Shown here: one piece after another, positions 38,916-47,620 of the stretch
Layout: the number at the start of each line of letters is the position of its first letter
How positions within the stretch are numbered: position 1 is the first letter of the stretch
From: Chloroflexota bacterium
GTDB lineage: Bacteria > Chloroflexota > UBA11872 > UBA12225
Direction: 5' to 3'
Assembly: GCA_009693165.1 (NCBI GenBank)
Contig: SHXX01000001.1
Coordinates: forward strand, 71,248-135,247
Length of the DNA stretch: 64,000 nucleotides
Position numbers and translations under genes: made by a program
Notes under the pieces: model-generated
Seen by the model: the letters and a program-made list of their open reading frames with translations, nothing else
Told to the model about the DNA's origin: nothing
Database searches by the model: none

Positions 38916-40463
38916 CTACTTCCCGACGTCAAGTGCATCACGGAGAGGGGCGACGCGAGGCCGGTCTCGCCACGCCGAGGCGATCTTCTCGAGCCCGTGA
39001 TCTCGCTCACGACCCACTTGTGACGCCAGCTTCATCAGTCCAACGAGGTCATCGCCGGCATTCGCACTGATTGAGATCGATTTTGCGACTGCCACGATCC
39101 GTTCATGCCATCCCACCCGGTCGTGCCAATCGCCAATCTTTTCCTGGATCCGTGCGAGTGACGTGATTGTCGAATCCAAGGCTTCGGCGGCGTCCTTGAA
39201 GGCAGGAACGAACGCCTCTGCGGTGTACCGGGCACGTTTGGCCACGAGCCTGATCTCGTGCGCCGGGGCGGCCGGGAATGACGCGATCCTGGCCGTTGCA
39301 CGGTGCGGGTCCGGTTGGTCCACCCACGCCGATAGCGGGCGTCCAGCTTGGTTGAGGTCGCGGACCGCCCGAGCAATGGCCCGGCGGGCGTGCCGTTGAC
39401 GTGCCCTAATCAGGACTGAGTCGTCAAGCGCTTCTTGGCCGATTGCGTCCTTGAGCAAAAGAGGAATGTCGTCGCACAACCACGCTACTTCGGGCGACTC
39501 CAGATGATCCCTGAACGCGTCGTTTGCGATCCGCCGTTCGTCGGTTGCGCGGTCGCGGAGTGCGTCAACACCGGACGTGACGCCGGCCCTCTCCGACAGC
39601 GCGACCAGGTCCAGCAACCACACATCAAGGTCTCGCACGGCACCGACTGACCGTGCGAGGTCTCGCAGTCCTCGTCTTGCTCGCTTGACCTCGCCATCTC
39701 CGAGGACTTGCCCGAGTGGGCCTGACCACAATTCCAGCGCCACACGAGTGCGCCGGCATGCCACGCGAAGGCGGTGCACGAACTCGTGGTCATCGCCGAC
39801 GGTTGCTCCGGGGATCTGGGCAATTGCCCGGGCGAGATGCCCACTCACGACGGTTGCTCCAACGCGGATCGCATCCGCCTCGATCCGTTTCCGACGACGA
39901 CCCGTAGGTGCAGCGACTCTGTTCCCCATTGATTCAGGTGCGCTCATGTCCAATTCTCCCGCAGCCGCTTGTCCGTAACGACCCGTCCCGAAGATCACTG
40001 CAATCTCCGGGACGGCCCCCGAACCATGTCCGTGGATGTCGCGTGGAGATGCATGGTTGATTACCGCAATTGCCGCACCGTTGGGACGGCTTTCGCGGAC
40101 GTGCGGCCCAGTCCCCATGATTGGCGAGCGTGCAGGGTCAGCGATCGCACCCGTGGCCCCGCTTGTTACGGGCGCGCGGACCGCGTCATGTGTCGACGCG
40201 TCAGGCGGTACTTCAGAACGTTGGGCCGATTGCGTGAAAGTACGTGCAGTAACGGAACTAGCCGGGGTGATGATGGGGATTGTTGGACCGGTGGGTGGTC
40301 CTTCGGCCACGAGTTCGCGCTTGTGTCGCCGGGAACGTCTTGCCAGCAGGTATGCGATTGCCCATGCAAGCGCAGCAAACGCCAGGACCTTGTGGAAGGC
40401 GGATGCGCGACTATTTGACGGTTTGCGCGGTGGGGCTAAGGGGTTGGATGGGGCAACGGTCAT
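38916..40463 (-). CDS. membrane-anchored CHAD-domain protein
   Basis: TM helix VLAFAALAWAIAYLLA and a long low-complexity linker. The C-terminal ~300 aa carry CHAD-type helices (..HEFVHRLRVACRRTRVALE.., ..HEIRLVAKRARYTAEAF..). The start overlaps the kinase stop as ATGA. Confidence 0.75.
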   Translation of the reverse strand: MTVAPSNPLAPPRKPSNSRASAFHKVLAFAALAWAIAYLLARRSRRHKRELVAEGPPTGPTIPIITPASSVTARTFTQSAQRSEVPPDASTHDAVRAPVTSGATGAIADPARSPIMGTGPHVRESRPNGAAIAVINHASPRDIHGHGSGAVPEIAVIFGTGRYGQAAAGELDMSAPESMGNRVAAPTGRRRKRIEADAIRVGATVVSGHLARAIAQIPGATVGDDHEFVHRLRVACRRTRVALELWSGPLGQVLGDGEVKRARRGLRDLARSVGAVRDLDVWLLDLVALSERAGVTSGVDALRDRATDERRIANDAFRDHLESPEVAWLCDDIPLLLKDAIGQEALDDSVLIRARQRHARRAIARAVRDLNQAGRPLSAWVDQPDPHRATARIASFPAAPAHEIRLVAKRARYTAEAFVPAFKDAAEALDSTITSLARIQEKIGDWHDRVGWHERIVAVAKSISISANAGDDLVGLMKLASQVGRERDHGLEKIASAWRDRPRVAPLRDALDVGK

Positions 40464-42766
40464 GGTTTCGTCGGAGAGGGCGACGGCAATGCGCGCGCAT
40501 CAACGGTCGGGATTACCGGTGCCGATGGCCCCTGCCTGGCTCCGGTCATCGTGGCATACGCCTGAACCACGCGTGGGTCGCGCGTCGGAGACGCGCCACT
40601 CGTACCGGCGACCGTCGCCATTGGGGCAAGGCGTGAATCTCCGACGACTGGTGTCATGATCGACGGCGCGCCCGGCGTCGTGACTGGGCGTGGCGTGGTG
40701 GTTGGAGACCCGGCGGTCCGTGTCCCAGTGGCAATGGGAGTGGTCGAACCGGCTGGCATGCTTGTCGGTGTTCCAAAGATACGTCGAACGCGGATTTGGA
40801 CAGGTGCCCCGCGATCTGCGGCGCTGTCCGCTTGAGGTTCCTGAGCGAATACGACGTCTGGGTCGACTCCAGTGAAGGGTTCGTCGCTGACTGACACCCG
40901 AAATCCTTCGCGCTCGAGTGTCCGGCGCGCGATATCGCCGACCATCCCCACGACCCGGGGTACCTTGACTTGGTCTCGTCCGCGGCTAACACGCATGGTT
41001 ATGGTTTGCGATGCTTCGACCTCGCCACTGCGTGGCTGTTGGTCGAACACCACCCCAGTCGATGCGATCGTGCTGAATTCTTCCACGACCTCGACCTTGA
41101 GACCGAGTTTTACAAACTCCTCGCGTGCGACTGTCCCGGTCTTGCCGATCATGTTCGGAACGGTGACCCGTGGTGCCCCTCGGCTAACCGTAAGGGCGAC
41201 GGGTTTTCCGCGTTCGATTGCCGCTCCGGCGACCGGGTCCTGGGAGGCGACCATTCCGGCGGTGACGTCCTTGTTCCAGTCCTCGGTCTGGACCACCGTC
41301 AAGCCAAGTGAGACCAGTCGTTCCTGTGCCCGTGCCACCGTGTCACCAGTGACGACTGGCACCAGTACCGTCGTCGGCGAAGCGGTCGCGAGGGCGACAA
41401 GGGGCACTTGGGTTGGAGTTGGAGGTGGTGGCAAGACCGGCACGGTTGCCAGCGCAATGGGCGTAGCGATGGTGGTGGCGGAACTGAACGATCTCGCCGC
41501 GAACGCGCCGACGGCCATGAGCGCAAAGAAGCCAAGGATCCCACCCGCAATGAGGACGCGCGTTCCAAGCGCCATGCCGCTCTTCCGGGGTGGGATGGTG
41601 ACATTCCGTCCCTTTGTGGCGGGTTGTGCCCCCGGTCTGCCGGTGCCGCTGGTTTCCCTCCAAGGGCTTGGGTTCGTTGTTCCACCGCGTTGCCCGGCAC
41701 CAACCGTCGATACGACACGGGTGGTGTCACCACGAGCGGGCTTTCCATCCGTACTCCACCCCGCCAACCCTGATTGAGGTTCGGTTTGATCGGCGCGGGG
41801 GTTCGCCCACTGGCTCGAGCCTGCTCCCAACACGGGAACTGCCCGCGTGGTCGCGGCATCACCTCCCCCCCGGTTCGGAAGGTTTGGAGACGCGTCGTTC
41901 GCCCTTGTGCTGCCTTGGCGGAGTTGCTTCAGTGCATTGGCGAACGCTTCCATCGATTCCAGCCGTGCAGAAGGGTTCTTCGCAAGGGCTCGGATGACAA
42001 GCGTTTCCAGTGGTCCCGAGAATGCCGACCGGATCGACCCGAGTGGCCTTGGTGTTTCATACACGTGCTTCATCATGATCGACGCGGGTGTGTCTCCCTC
42101 GAACGGTGGCCGACCGGCAAGCAGTTCGTAGAGAATGATCCCGAGTGAGTAGATGTCGCTGTGAGGACCGGCCGGCTCGCCTTGCGCCTGTTCGGGAGAG
42201 ATGTACTGGACCGTCCCCCAGACAGTGCCGGGTTGTGTGTACTGGCTGCCGGTCCCCGTTTGCGCAAGGCCGAAGTCGGCAATCTTCGCATGGCCTTCCT
42301 CAGACAGAAGGATGTTCTGGGGTTTGAGGTCTCGGTGAACGAGACCCCGGCGATGCGCGAAGGCCATGCCCGCCGCGATCTCGATGGTCAGGGTGATCGC
42401 GGTGTCAATTGGGACAGGGCCCTTTGCGACCAGGTCGGCGAGTGTCCTGCCCGGCAGGAGTTCCATCACGATGAATGGTCGGTCTGCGACCACTGTCCCG
42501 AGACCGCCAAGGTCATGCACCTGCACGAGATTTGGATGCGACATCGAACCCGCGAGGGTCGCCTCACGCTTGAACCGTTCCAGGAATTCCGGCTCCGAGG
42601 CGTACTGGGTGCGAAGGATCTTGACCGCCACGTCGCGAGCAAGCGTCTTGTCGTGTGCAATGAAAACTTCGGCCATCGCACCCGCGCCGATTGCCTCGCC
42701 AAGCAGATACCGGTTTGCAAGGAGCACCTGGGCGGTACGGCCTCCGCCCGAGAACCACCCTTTCAC
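40460..42766 (-). CDS. pknB: Ser/Thr protein kinase with 3 extracellular PASTA domains (PknB-like)
   Basis: Kinase motifs GAGAMAEV, VAVK, HRDLKPQNILL, DFG and SPEQ. One TM helix, three PASTA-like units and an S/T/P-rich tail. GTG start. Confidence 0.9.
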   Translation of the reverse strand: MKGWFSGGGRTAQVLLANRYLLGEAIGAGAMAEVFIAHDKTLARDVAVKILRTQYASEPEFLERFKREATLAGSMSHPNLVQVHDLGGLGTVVADRPFIVMELLPGRTLADLVAKGPVPIDTAITLTIEIAAGMAFAHRRGLVHRDLKPQNILLSEEGHAKIADFGLAQTGTGSQYTQPGTVWGTVQYISPEQAQGEPAGPHSDIYSLGIILYELLAGRPPFEGDTPASIMMKHVYETPRPLGSIRSAFSGPLETLVIRALAKNPSARLESMEAFANALKQLRQGSTRANDASPNLPNRGGGDAATTRAVPVLGAGSSQWANPRADQTEPQSGLAGWSTDGKPARGDTTRVVSTVGAGQRGGTTNPSPWRETSGTGRPGAQPATKGRNVTIPPRKSGMALGTRVLIAGGILGFFALMAVGAFAARSFSSATTIATPIALATVPVLPPPPTPTQVPLVALATASPTTVLVPVVTGDTVARAQERLVSLGLTVVQTEDWNKDVTAGMVASQDPVAGAAIERGKPVALTVSRGAPRVTVPNMIGKTGTVAREEFVKLGLKVEVVEEFSTIASTGVVFDQQPRSGEVEASQTITMRVSRGRDQVKVPRVVGMVGDIARRTLEREGFRVSVSDEPFTGVDPDVVFAQEPQADSAADRGAPVQIRVRRIFGTPTSMPAGSTTPIATGTRTAGSPTTTPRPVTTPGAPSIMTPVVGDSRLAPMATVAGTSGASPTRDPRVVQAYATMTGARQGPSAPVIPTVDARALPSPSPTKP

Positions 42767-43119
42767 GTCGGTGTACCTGCGGACGAGTCAACCGCCTGCC
42801 TGCCCGGGGTCGCGAAAGTCAGGATCGGATCCGTGGCCGTGCCTTTACTGAGCCGAGCACTGCGTGAACAGGTTGAGCCGCACCCGGTGGCTGACGGGCC
42901 AAAAGAGTACGGAACCGGATGGATTTCCGCACGCACGGTGCCATGGGCCGGACAACACTGCCGATTTTCTGCCCAGTCGGGTGGATCCGTCGAAATGTTC
43001 GGCCGGCGGTGCATGCGCATAGCCATCTTAGAACGGTCTGGGGGCGTCATTCGGCGCGGCGAAGCATGTCCACGATCACGCAGGTTCCCGGGACTTTTGA
43101 ATGGGCGTTGACGCACTCG

Positions 43120-43851
43120 TCACCGTTCCAAGTTGGCAAGTGCGTCCCTGGCGGCGGCCTGTTCGGCAGCCCGCTTCCCCGTGCCTTCGCCATATCCGAG
43201 GACGTCATCGCCAATCCGCACTTCCACGCCGAAACGTTCGGCGTGCACAGGTCCGTCACGCGTCACTACCACGTATTTCGGCGTGTGACCATTTGTCGCC
43301 TGGACCAGTTCCTGCAGACGTCCCTTCACGTTTGCCGATTGCAGCTCAAGCGCAATCTCCGCAAGCCGGGGTTCAAGGAGGCGTCGGGCGACGGCCCTCG
43401 CCGCTCGCATTCCTCCGTCCACGTAGACGGCCGCGACGATGGCCTCCACGGTGCCGGCAAGGATCCGGGGTCGCCCGCGACCATCAAGAGTGCCTTCACC
43501 GCGGCTCGCCCGGACGAACCGGGCTAAGCCGATACCCTCGGCAACTATCGCCAGACCGGTCGTAGAGACCATGAGGGCGCGGAGGGCCGTGAGTTGACCT
43601 TCCGGCGCATCCGGAAAGTGCTTGATCAGCATGTCGGCAACCACGAATTGCAATATTGCATCTCCAAGGAACTCGAACCGTTCATTGGAGACTGCGGCAT
43701 CCGGCTTGTGTGACGGGTTCTCGTGCAAGTACGAGCGGTGGGTCAGTGCGACCGTCAGGTGACCGAGGTCCTTGAACCGGATCCCCAGCAGTTCAGCGAG
43801 CATCGTTTCATCGAGGCGCAGATCAGTGGGTGTGAGATGTGTCGATGTCAT
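43120..43851 (-). CDS. rnc: ribonuclease III
   Basis: ..ALTHRSY....NERFEFLGDAIL.. signature plus a C-terminal dsRBD (..PKYVVV..GP.H...F.V.V..). Confidence 0.9.
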   Translation of the reverse strand: MTSTHLTPTDLRLDETMLAELLGIRFKDLGHLTVALTHRSYLHENPSHKPDAAVSNERFEFLGDAILQFVVADMLIKHFPDAPEGQLTALRALMVSTTGLAIVAEGIGLARFVRASRGEGTLDGRGRPRILAGTVEAIVAAVYVDGGMRAARAVARRLLEPRLAEIALELQSANVKGRLQELVQATNGHTPKYVVVTRDGPVHAERFGVEVRIGDDVLGYGEGTGKRAAEQAAARDALANLER

Positions 43852-44135
43852 CGCCGATCGTCCCGGTTCACTGGTCCCACTCTCCACCAGCGTGTTCGCG
43901 AAATACCGCCATCGGTAGGACGCACCGTCCGGATGGTCCCGGGATAGAACGTGTCGTAGAGCAACATTCCACTGAGAATGGTGATGACCGCTGAGAGCAC
44001 GCCACCAAGGACGAATGCGATCGTCCCGCGGTCCGGTTCCGGCCATGGGAGTCGTACGATCACGCCCGCAAGCACGACCGCGATTGTCACGCGCATCGTG
44101 AACCGGATGGCCTCTCGAAGGAAGCGGGACAGCAT
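43848..44135 (-). CDS. small membrane protein (2 TM), coupled to rnc
   Basis: Two hydrophobic helices. The stop overlaps the rnc start as ATGA. No family recognised. Confidence 0.4.
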   Translation of the reverse strand: MLSRFLREAIRFTMRVTIAVVLAGVIVRLPWPEPDRGTIAFVLGGVLSAVITILSGMLLYDTFYPGTIRTVRPTDGGISRTRWWRVGPVNRDDRR

Positions 44136-44358
44136 CTCAACCCCCGGATCCGTTGCTGTGCACCGCGTGACCCTTGGATCGCGTACTTGGTCCCCCGAAC
44201 AATCCGCGCGCCCAATGAGCAGCCGTCAGGCCAGTTTAGCACCATGCCGGCGCCCGAAAGCTTGCCACTTCAACAGCCTTTCAGGAACCGGTGCAACGGG
44301 TCAGACCGGCACAAACACGACGCGCACGCTTTGCGTCTCGCGTCGATAGACTTGCCAG

Positions 44359-44649
44359 ATGGTTATCGGGGTGTGCCGTTTTGAACTGCTGCTAGAAGAC
44401 AACGGGTCACTCAAGGGCAAGCGCTCAGTGATCCGTCCACTGGTAGCCCATGTGCGACAACGGTTCAATGTCGCCATTGCCGAAGTTGACGATCACGACG
44501 ACTGGGAACGGGCCGTGCTTGGATTTGCCGTGGTCTCGACTGATGCCGCTCAGACAAGCCGGATGGTGCAGTCGGTGATTGACTTCATTGAGAGGGACGC
44601 CGATGCGTCCCTTGGTTCCTACCAAGTCGAACATATCCACGCATTCTGA
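44359..44649 (+). CDS. DUF503-family protein (YlxP-like)
   Basis: MVIGVCRFELLLEDNGSLKGKRSVIRPL...FNVAIAEVDDHDDWERAVLGFAVVS.. matches the DUF503 pattern. Confidence 0.75.
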   Translation: MVIGVCRFELLLEDNGSLKGKRSVIRPLVAHVRQRFNVAIAEVDDHDDWERAVLGFAVVSTDAAQTSRMVQSVIDFIERDADASLGSYQVEHIHAF

Positions 44650-44666
44650 CCGCGCTTGGGCACGGG

Positions 44667-45623
44667 TTAGTGATCCGACGCCGGTCCGGCAAGGGCGAGG
44701 GTGACTGCCCGCTCCCACTCAAACGTCGCCCCAACCGGATGATCAGTTTCGGTCGCGTTCCGCAGCCACAATAGGAACTCCACGTTGCCGGCTTGACCAC
44801 GAACCGGCGATGAGATCAGTCCGTGGAGAACGAGGTCCAAGTTCGCCGCCGCTTGGGCGACCGTGTCTAGGACAGTGCGGTGGACCGCCGGGCTGCGCAC
44901 CACGCCTCCCTTTCCCACCTGCGCCGGACCCGCCTCGAACTGCGGTTTCACGAGCGCGACGACGTCTCCGTGAGGTGCGAGGATGCGCCTAACCGTCGGG
45001 AGGATCAGGGTCAATGAAATGAAGGCGACGTCGATCGTCACGATCGAACCCGTTTCCGGAAGCACTGTGTTTCCAGGATGAGCTGGTTCACCCGCCGACC
45101 CAGGTGTCGGGCCGTGCAGGAAGCGGGCGTTTACCCCTTCCATGACAACCACGCGGGGGTCGTTGCGGAGTGTCCACGCCAGTTGGCCATGACCTACATC
45201 AATCGCATAGACGCGGGCTGTCCCTCGTTGCAGCAGGACATCGGTGAACCCCCCGGTGCTGGCGCCGATGTCCACACCAACTCGCCCGACCGGATCGATG
45301 GCGAAGGTGTCAAGGGCGTGCGCCAACTTGAGGCCCCCGCGTCCAACATACTTGTGGGGGTGCCTGATCTCGATAATTGCGTCTGCCGGGGTTGCGGTCG
45401 ACGGTGCAGTCGCGCGGTGGCCGTTGACCGTGACTTCCCCGGCGACGATCAGGCGTCTGGCACGTTCCCTGGTCGTTTCGAGACCCCGTGCGACGACCGC
45501 CACATCCAGGCGCATGCGGCCCGTCCGCGACGTGGAGTACGCCCGGTCTCCGCGTGCGTGGTCCACGGGCATGCCTGCCCGTTCGAAGGGCGGTGAAGGC
45601 GTCTCCCGTTCGGGGTTCGTCAT
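44667..45623 (-). CDS. tlyA: TlyA-family rRNA 2'-O-methyltransferase (S4 + FtsJ domains)
   Basis: ..MRLDVAVVARGLETTRERARRLIVAGEVTVNG.. is the S4 domain. ..GVDIGASTGGFTDVLLQRGA..VYAIDVG.. is the SAM-binding motif. The start is uncertain (45623, 45572 or 45515). Confidence 0.8.
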   Translation of the reverse strand: MTNPERETPSPPFERAGMPVDHARGDRAYSTSRTGRMRLDVAVVARGLETTRERARRLIVAGEVTVNGHRATAPSTATPADAIIEIRHPHKYVGRGGLKLAHALDTFAIDPVGRVGVDIGASTGGFTDVLLQRGTARVYAIDVGHGQLAWTLRNDPRVVVMEGVNARFLHGPTPGSAGEPAHPGNTVLPETGSIVTIDVAFISLTLILPTVRRILAPHGDVVALVKPQFEAGPAQVGKGGVVRSPAVHRTVLDTVAQAAANLDLVLHGLISSPVRGQAGNVEFLLWLRNATETDHPVGATFEWERAVTLALAGPASDH

Positions 45624-45684
45624 GCCTCGAAGTGTGCCATCGGGGTCACGTCTCAATGTAGGAGAACCGATTGCCCCACGCCTG

Positions 45685-46158
45685 TCACGGATATGTGCGT
45701 CGGTGGGCTTCAATTCCGTCGCGGTCTAGCACGACGACCGCGCCACCGCTATCGGGCCAGAAACTCCGCCGACCTAGCACGACCCGTCGTGGTCCCGGAT
45801 CGGTAGGCACATTTGCGCCGCTCAGGAGGGTAAACGTGGTGCCCGGTTCGATCACGAGCCCCGACGGCAAGGGATGCCGGGTGGTCGAAGTCGCTGAGCG
45901 CAGCGCCCAACCCGCAAGGTCCTGAGCCGCGCAACTCCGGTTCACCACCACGACCTGTTCGATGCCACCGAGGGCCGCGACGTGCTCGATCTGGATGCTG
46001 GCGCCCGTTGCGCGCATGCCGGCGGTTGATGGAGATGCTGTCGGGCGCGCCACCCGCGTCACGGTGGGTTCCACCGTCGGCACCACCCCAATGGCCTCGG
46101 ACGCCTGAACGGTGGGGGCCGGAGCCGGAGTACCCTGCGTTTGGGTAAATATTGCCAT
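45685..46158 (-). CDS. lamin-tail-domain (LTD)-like protein fragment, no signal peptide of its own
   Basis: P/T-rich N-terminus followed by ..IQIEHV...EQVVVVNRS...DLAGWAL....PLPSGLVIEPGTTFTL...FWPDSGGAVVVLDRDG.., which resembles an LTD. It is in the same reading frame as the two upstream ORFs. Confidence 0.55.
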   Translation of the reverse strand: MAIFTQTQGTPAPAPTVQASEAIGVVPTVEPTVTRVARPTASPSTAGMRATGASIQIEHVAALGGIEQVVVVNRSCAAQDLAGWALRSATSTTRHPLPSGLVIEPGTTFTLLSGANVPTDPGPRRVVLGRRSFWPDSGGAVVVLDRDGIEAHRRTYP

Positions 46159-46205
46159 ATATTATATATGTAGATATGTTATAAAAACCTTAAGTTTGTG
46201 AACCG
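46140..46205. other. AT-rich island in GC-rich DNA, containing TAA-tat-ATG
   Basis: The core 46146-46200 (taaatattgccatatattatatatgtagatatgttataaaaaccttaagtttgtg) has 11 G/C in 55 nt by hand count. On the minus strand it reads ...ttataacatatctacatatataatatATG. Confidence 0.9.
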
Positions 46206-46788
46206 GTGATGCATTCCCTGAACTCATTCGCCAAGCAACCGATGGCATCGGCCCTCGCACTACGAGTTGGTTCCCGACGAGCCGGTCAGGAGCCATGGCG
46301 TCGTCCGGAAGCGCGCCACCGAGACGAAGCACAAGTCCGACGCGCGCCAATGTTGGTTCTGGTTTCGCGGTCGCCTCTTGCGCCAGTTCGTACTCCATCG
46401 CACCACGCTCGAACCGTTGCCTACGCCACGCCCCAGTGATTTGAAGGGGTGATGCCGGGAGACCGAGGAGTTCCAGGACCAACGGTCCGGAGGCGTCGAA
46501 GTCCATAGGTACACCATCCGGTGAGTCTCCAGAAGCCCGGTGGTAGTACCGGTCACGGATCCCTGGGTCGGTGAGCCAGGCCAGTCGGTGGAGGGCCTCC
46601 TGCGCAGTCACGGCGGTTGGCACGGCGGTTGGCACGGCGGTTGGCAAACCGATCTCGGCAAGGTACGGATCAATGCCTGTTTGTCGTATGAAATCACCCG
46701 CCGGGAGTACCGTGACCTGGTCGTCACCTAGACGCCAACCCAAGGTGCCTCGTTCGAACGTCTGGGTAGTCCATCCATCGACGGCCAT
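46162..46788 (-). CDS. hypothetical protein with LGFP-like repeats (middle fragment of a disrupted gene?)
   Basis: Repeated ..LG.P......G...Q.FERG.. units, a (PTAV)3 repeat, and the last 12 codons (HKLKVFITYLHI) encoded by the AT-rich island. Confidence 0.5.
   Translation of the reverse strand: MAVDGWTTQTFERGTLGWRLGDDQVTVLPAGDFIRQTGIDPYLAEIGLPTAVPTAVPTAVTAQEALHRLAWLTDPGIRDRYYHRASGDSPDGVPMDFDASGPLVLELLGLPASPLQITGAWRRQRFERGAMEYELAQEATAKPEPTLARVGLVLRLGGALPDDAMAPDRLVGNQLVVRGPMPSVAWRMSSGNASPVHKLKVFITYLHI
46609..46644. repeat. perfect 12-bp tandem repeat x3 (cacggcggttgg), in frame, encoding (PTAV)3
   Basis: Read directly from the sequence. Confidence 0.95.
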
Positions 46789-46827
46789 GGCCGGTCGGGC
46801 GACTGGGTTTCCGAGGACAGCGCTCCC

Positions 46828-47163
46828 TCAATACCGCGAATGGGCAGATGCGAGCGCCGGCCCGGACGGTTCATCGACGACCGCGTATCCGGAATTCGGG
46901 CCAAATACTGGATGGAACCAACCATGCGTGACAGGGACGGGTTCGGGAGAGGTGTCGAAGGCGTGCAGGTCCCGGACTGCACCTTCACCGAGCCGGGCTG
47001 CGAACACTTCAATCAGCGGCCCGGCATGGTGAGAGGTGGGGCCATCAGTCCCTGTCGGACCGGAACCATCGTCGGCAAGCGCATTGCCAAATCGCAGGAC
47101 GGAACCGGTCATCACGGTTGCGAGGAGAAGGCGACGCCGGTTGGCTGTGCTTACTGGAACCAA
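46828..47163 (-). CDS. TAT-signal N-terminal fragment of the LGFP-like/LTD protein
   Basis: (TTG start) MVPVSTANRRRLLLATVMTGSVLRFGNALA is a twin-arginine signal. It ends at TGA 46828-46830, in frame with the next ORF. Confidence 0.45.
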   Translation of the reverse strand: MVPVSTANRRRLLLATVMTGSVLRFGNALADDGSGPTGTDGPTSHHAGPLIEVFAARLGEGAVRDLHAFDTSPEPVPVTHGWFHPVFGPNSGYAVVDEPSGPALASAHSRY

Positions 47164-47620
47164 GGGGGTAGTGGTCCCGAACGCGTTGAGGTCAGCGGTG
47201 ATGGAACTGGGTTGAGCAATGCGATCAATGAGGTTCGAGGCATCTGACGTGCCAAGTGTTTTGGTGTGACGAGATAGGTCCCGTGCGCACTACTCAAAAT
47301 GCTGCCATAGTTGTCTCATTTCGCCACGTGCCACATTGCCAGCGTATGCCGGACCACGTGCTCTTGCAACGGTCGCCCGTGGCAGGCAATACAATTGACC
47401 GTGATGGATCAGTCTGATTGGTTCCCGCTGTGGGGTAGTGTGCAAGTCTTTGCCAGGCTGTGAAGTCGACTCACGGTAAACATTTTGTGAAATGTGAACA
47501 CGATTGAAACATCAGTCCGTTAGGGTGCAAGGGTTCACGGTCGGACGCTGGGGCCGCCGATGCACCTTGTTGCGATCAAGGCGAGTGTTCACGGGTCGTT
47601 GTGGTTGAATTGGGCCGGCG

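Noticed and set aside
42763-43116. 117-aa ORF that exactly fills the gap between rnc and pknB. Its start is 3 nt after the rnc stop and its stop overlaps the pknB GTG.
   Set aside because: Only 7 of the first 18 codons end in G/C by hand count, far below neighbouring genes. The product is Arg/Pro/Ser-rich, like an off-frame translation. The 353-nt gap is more likely a non-coding leader whose function is unknown.
46140-46205. AT-rich island as a replication origin unwinding element
   Set aside because: I saw no DnaA-box-like TTATCCACA motifs nearby and there is no dnaA/dnaN context. It lies inside a continuous reading frame.
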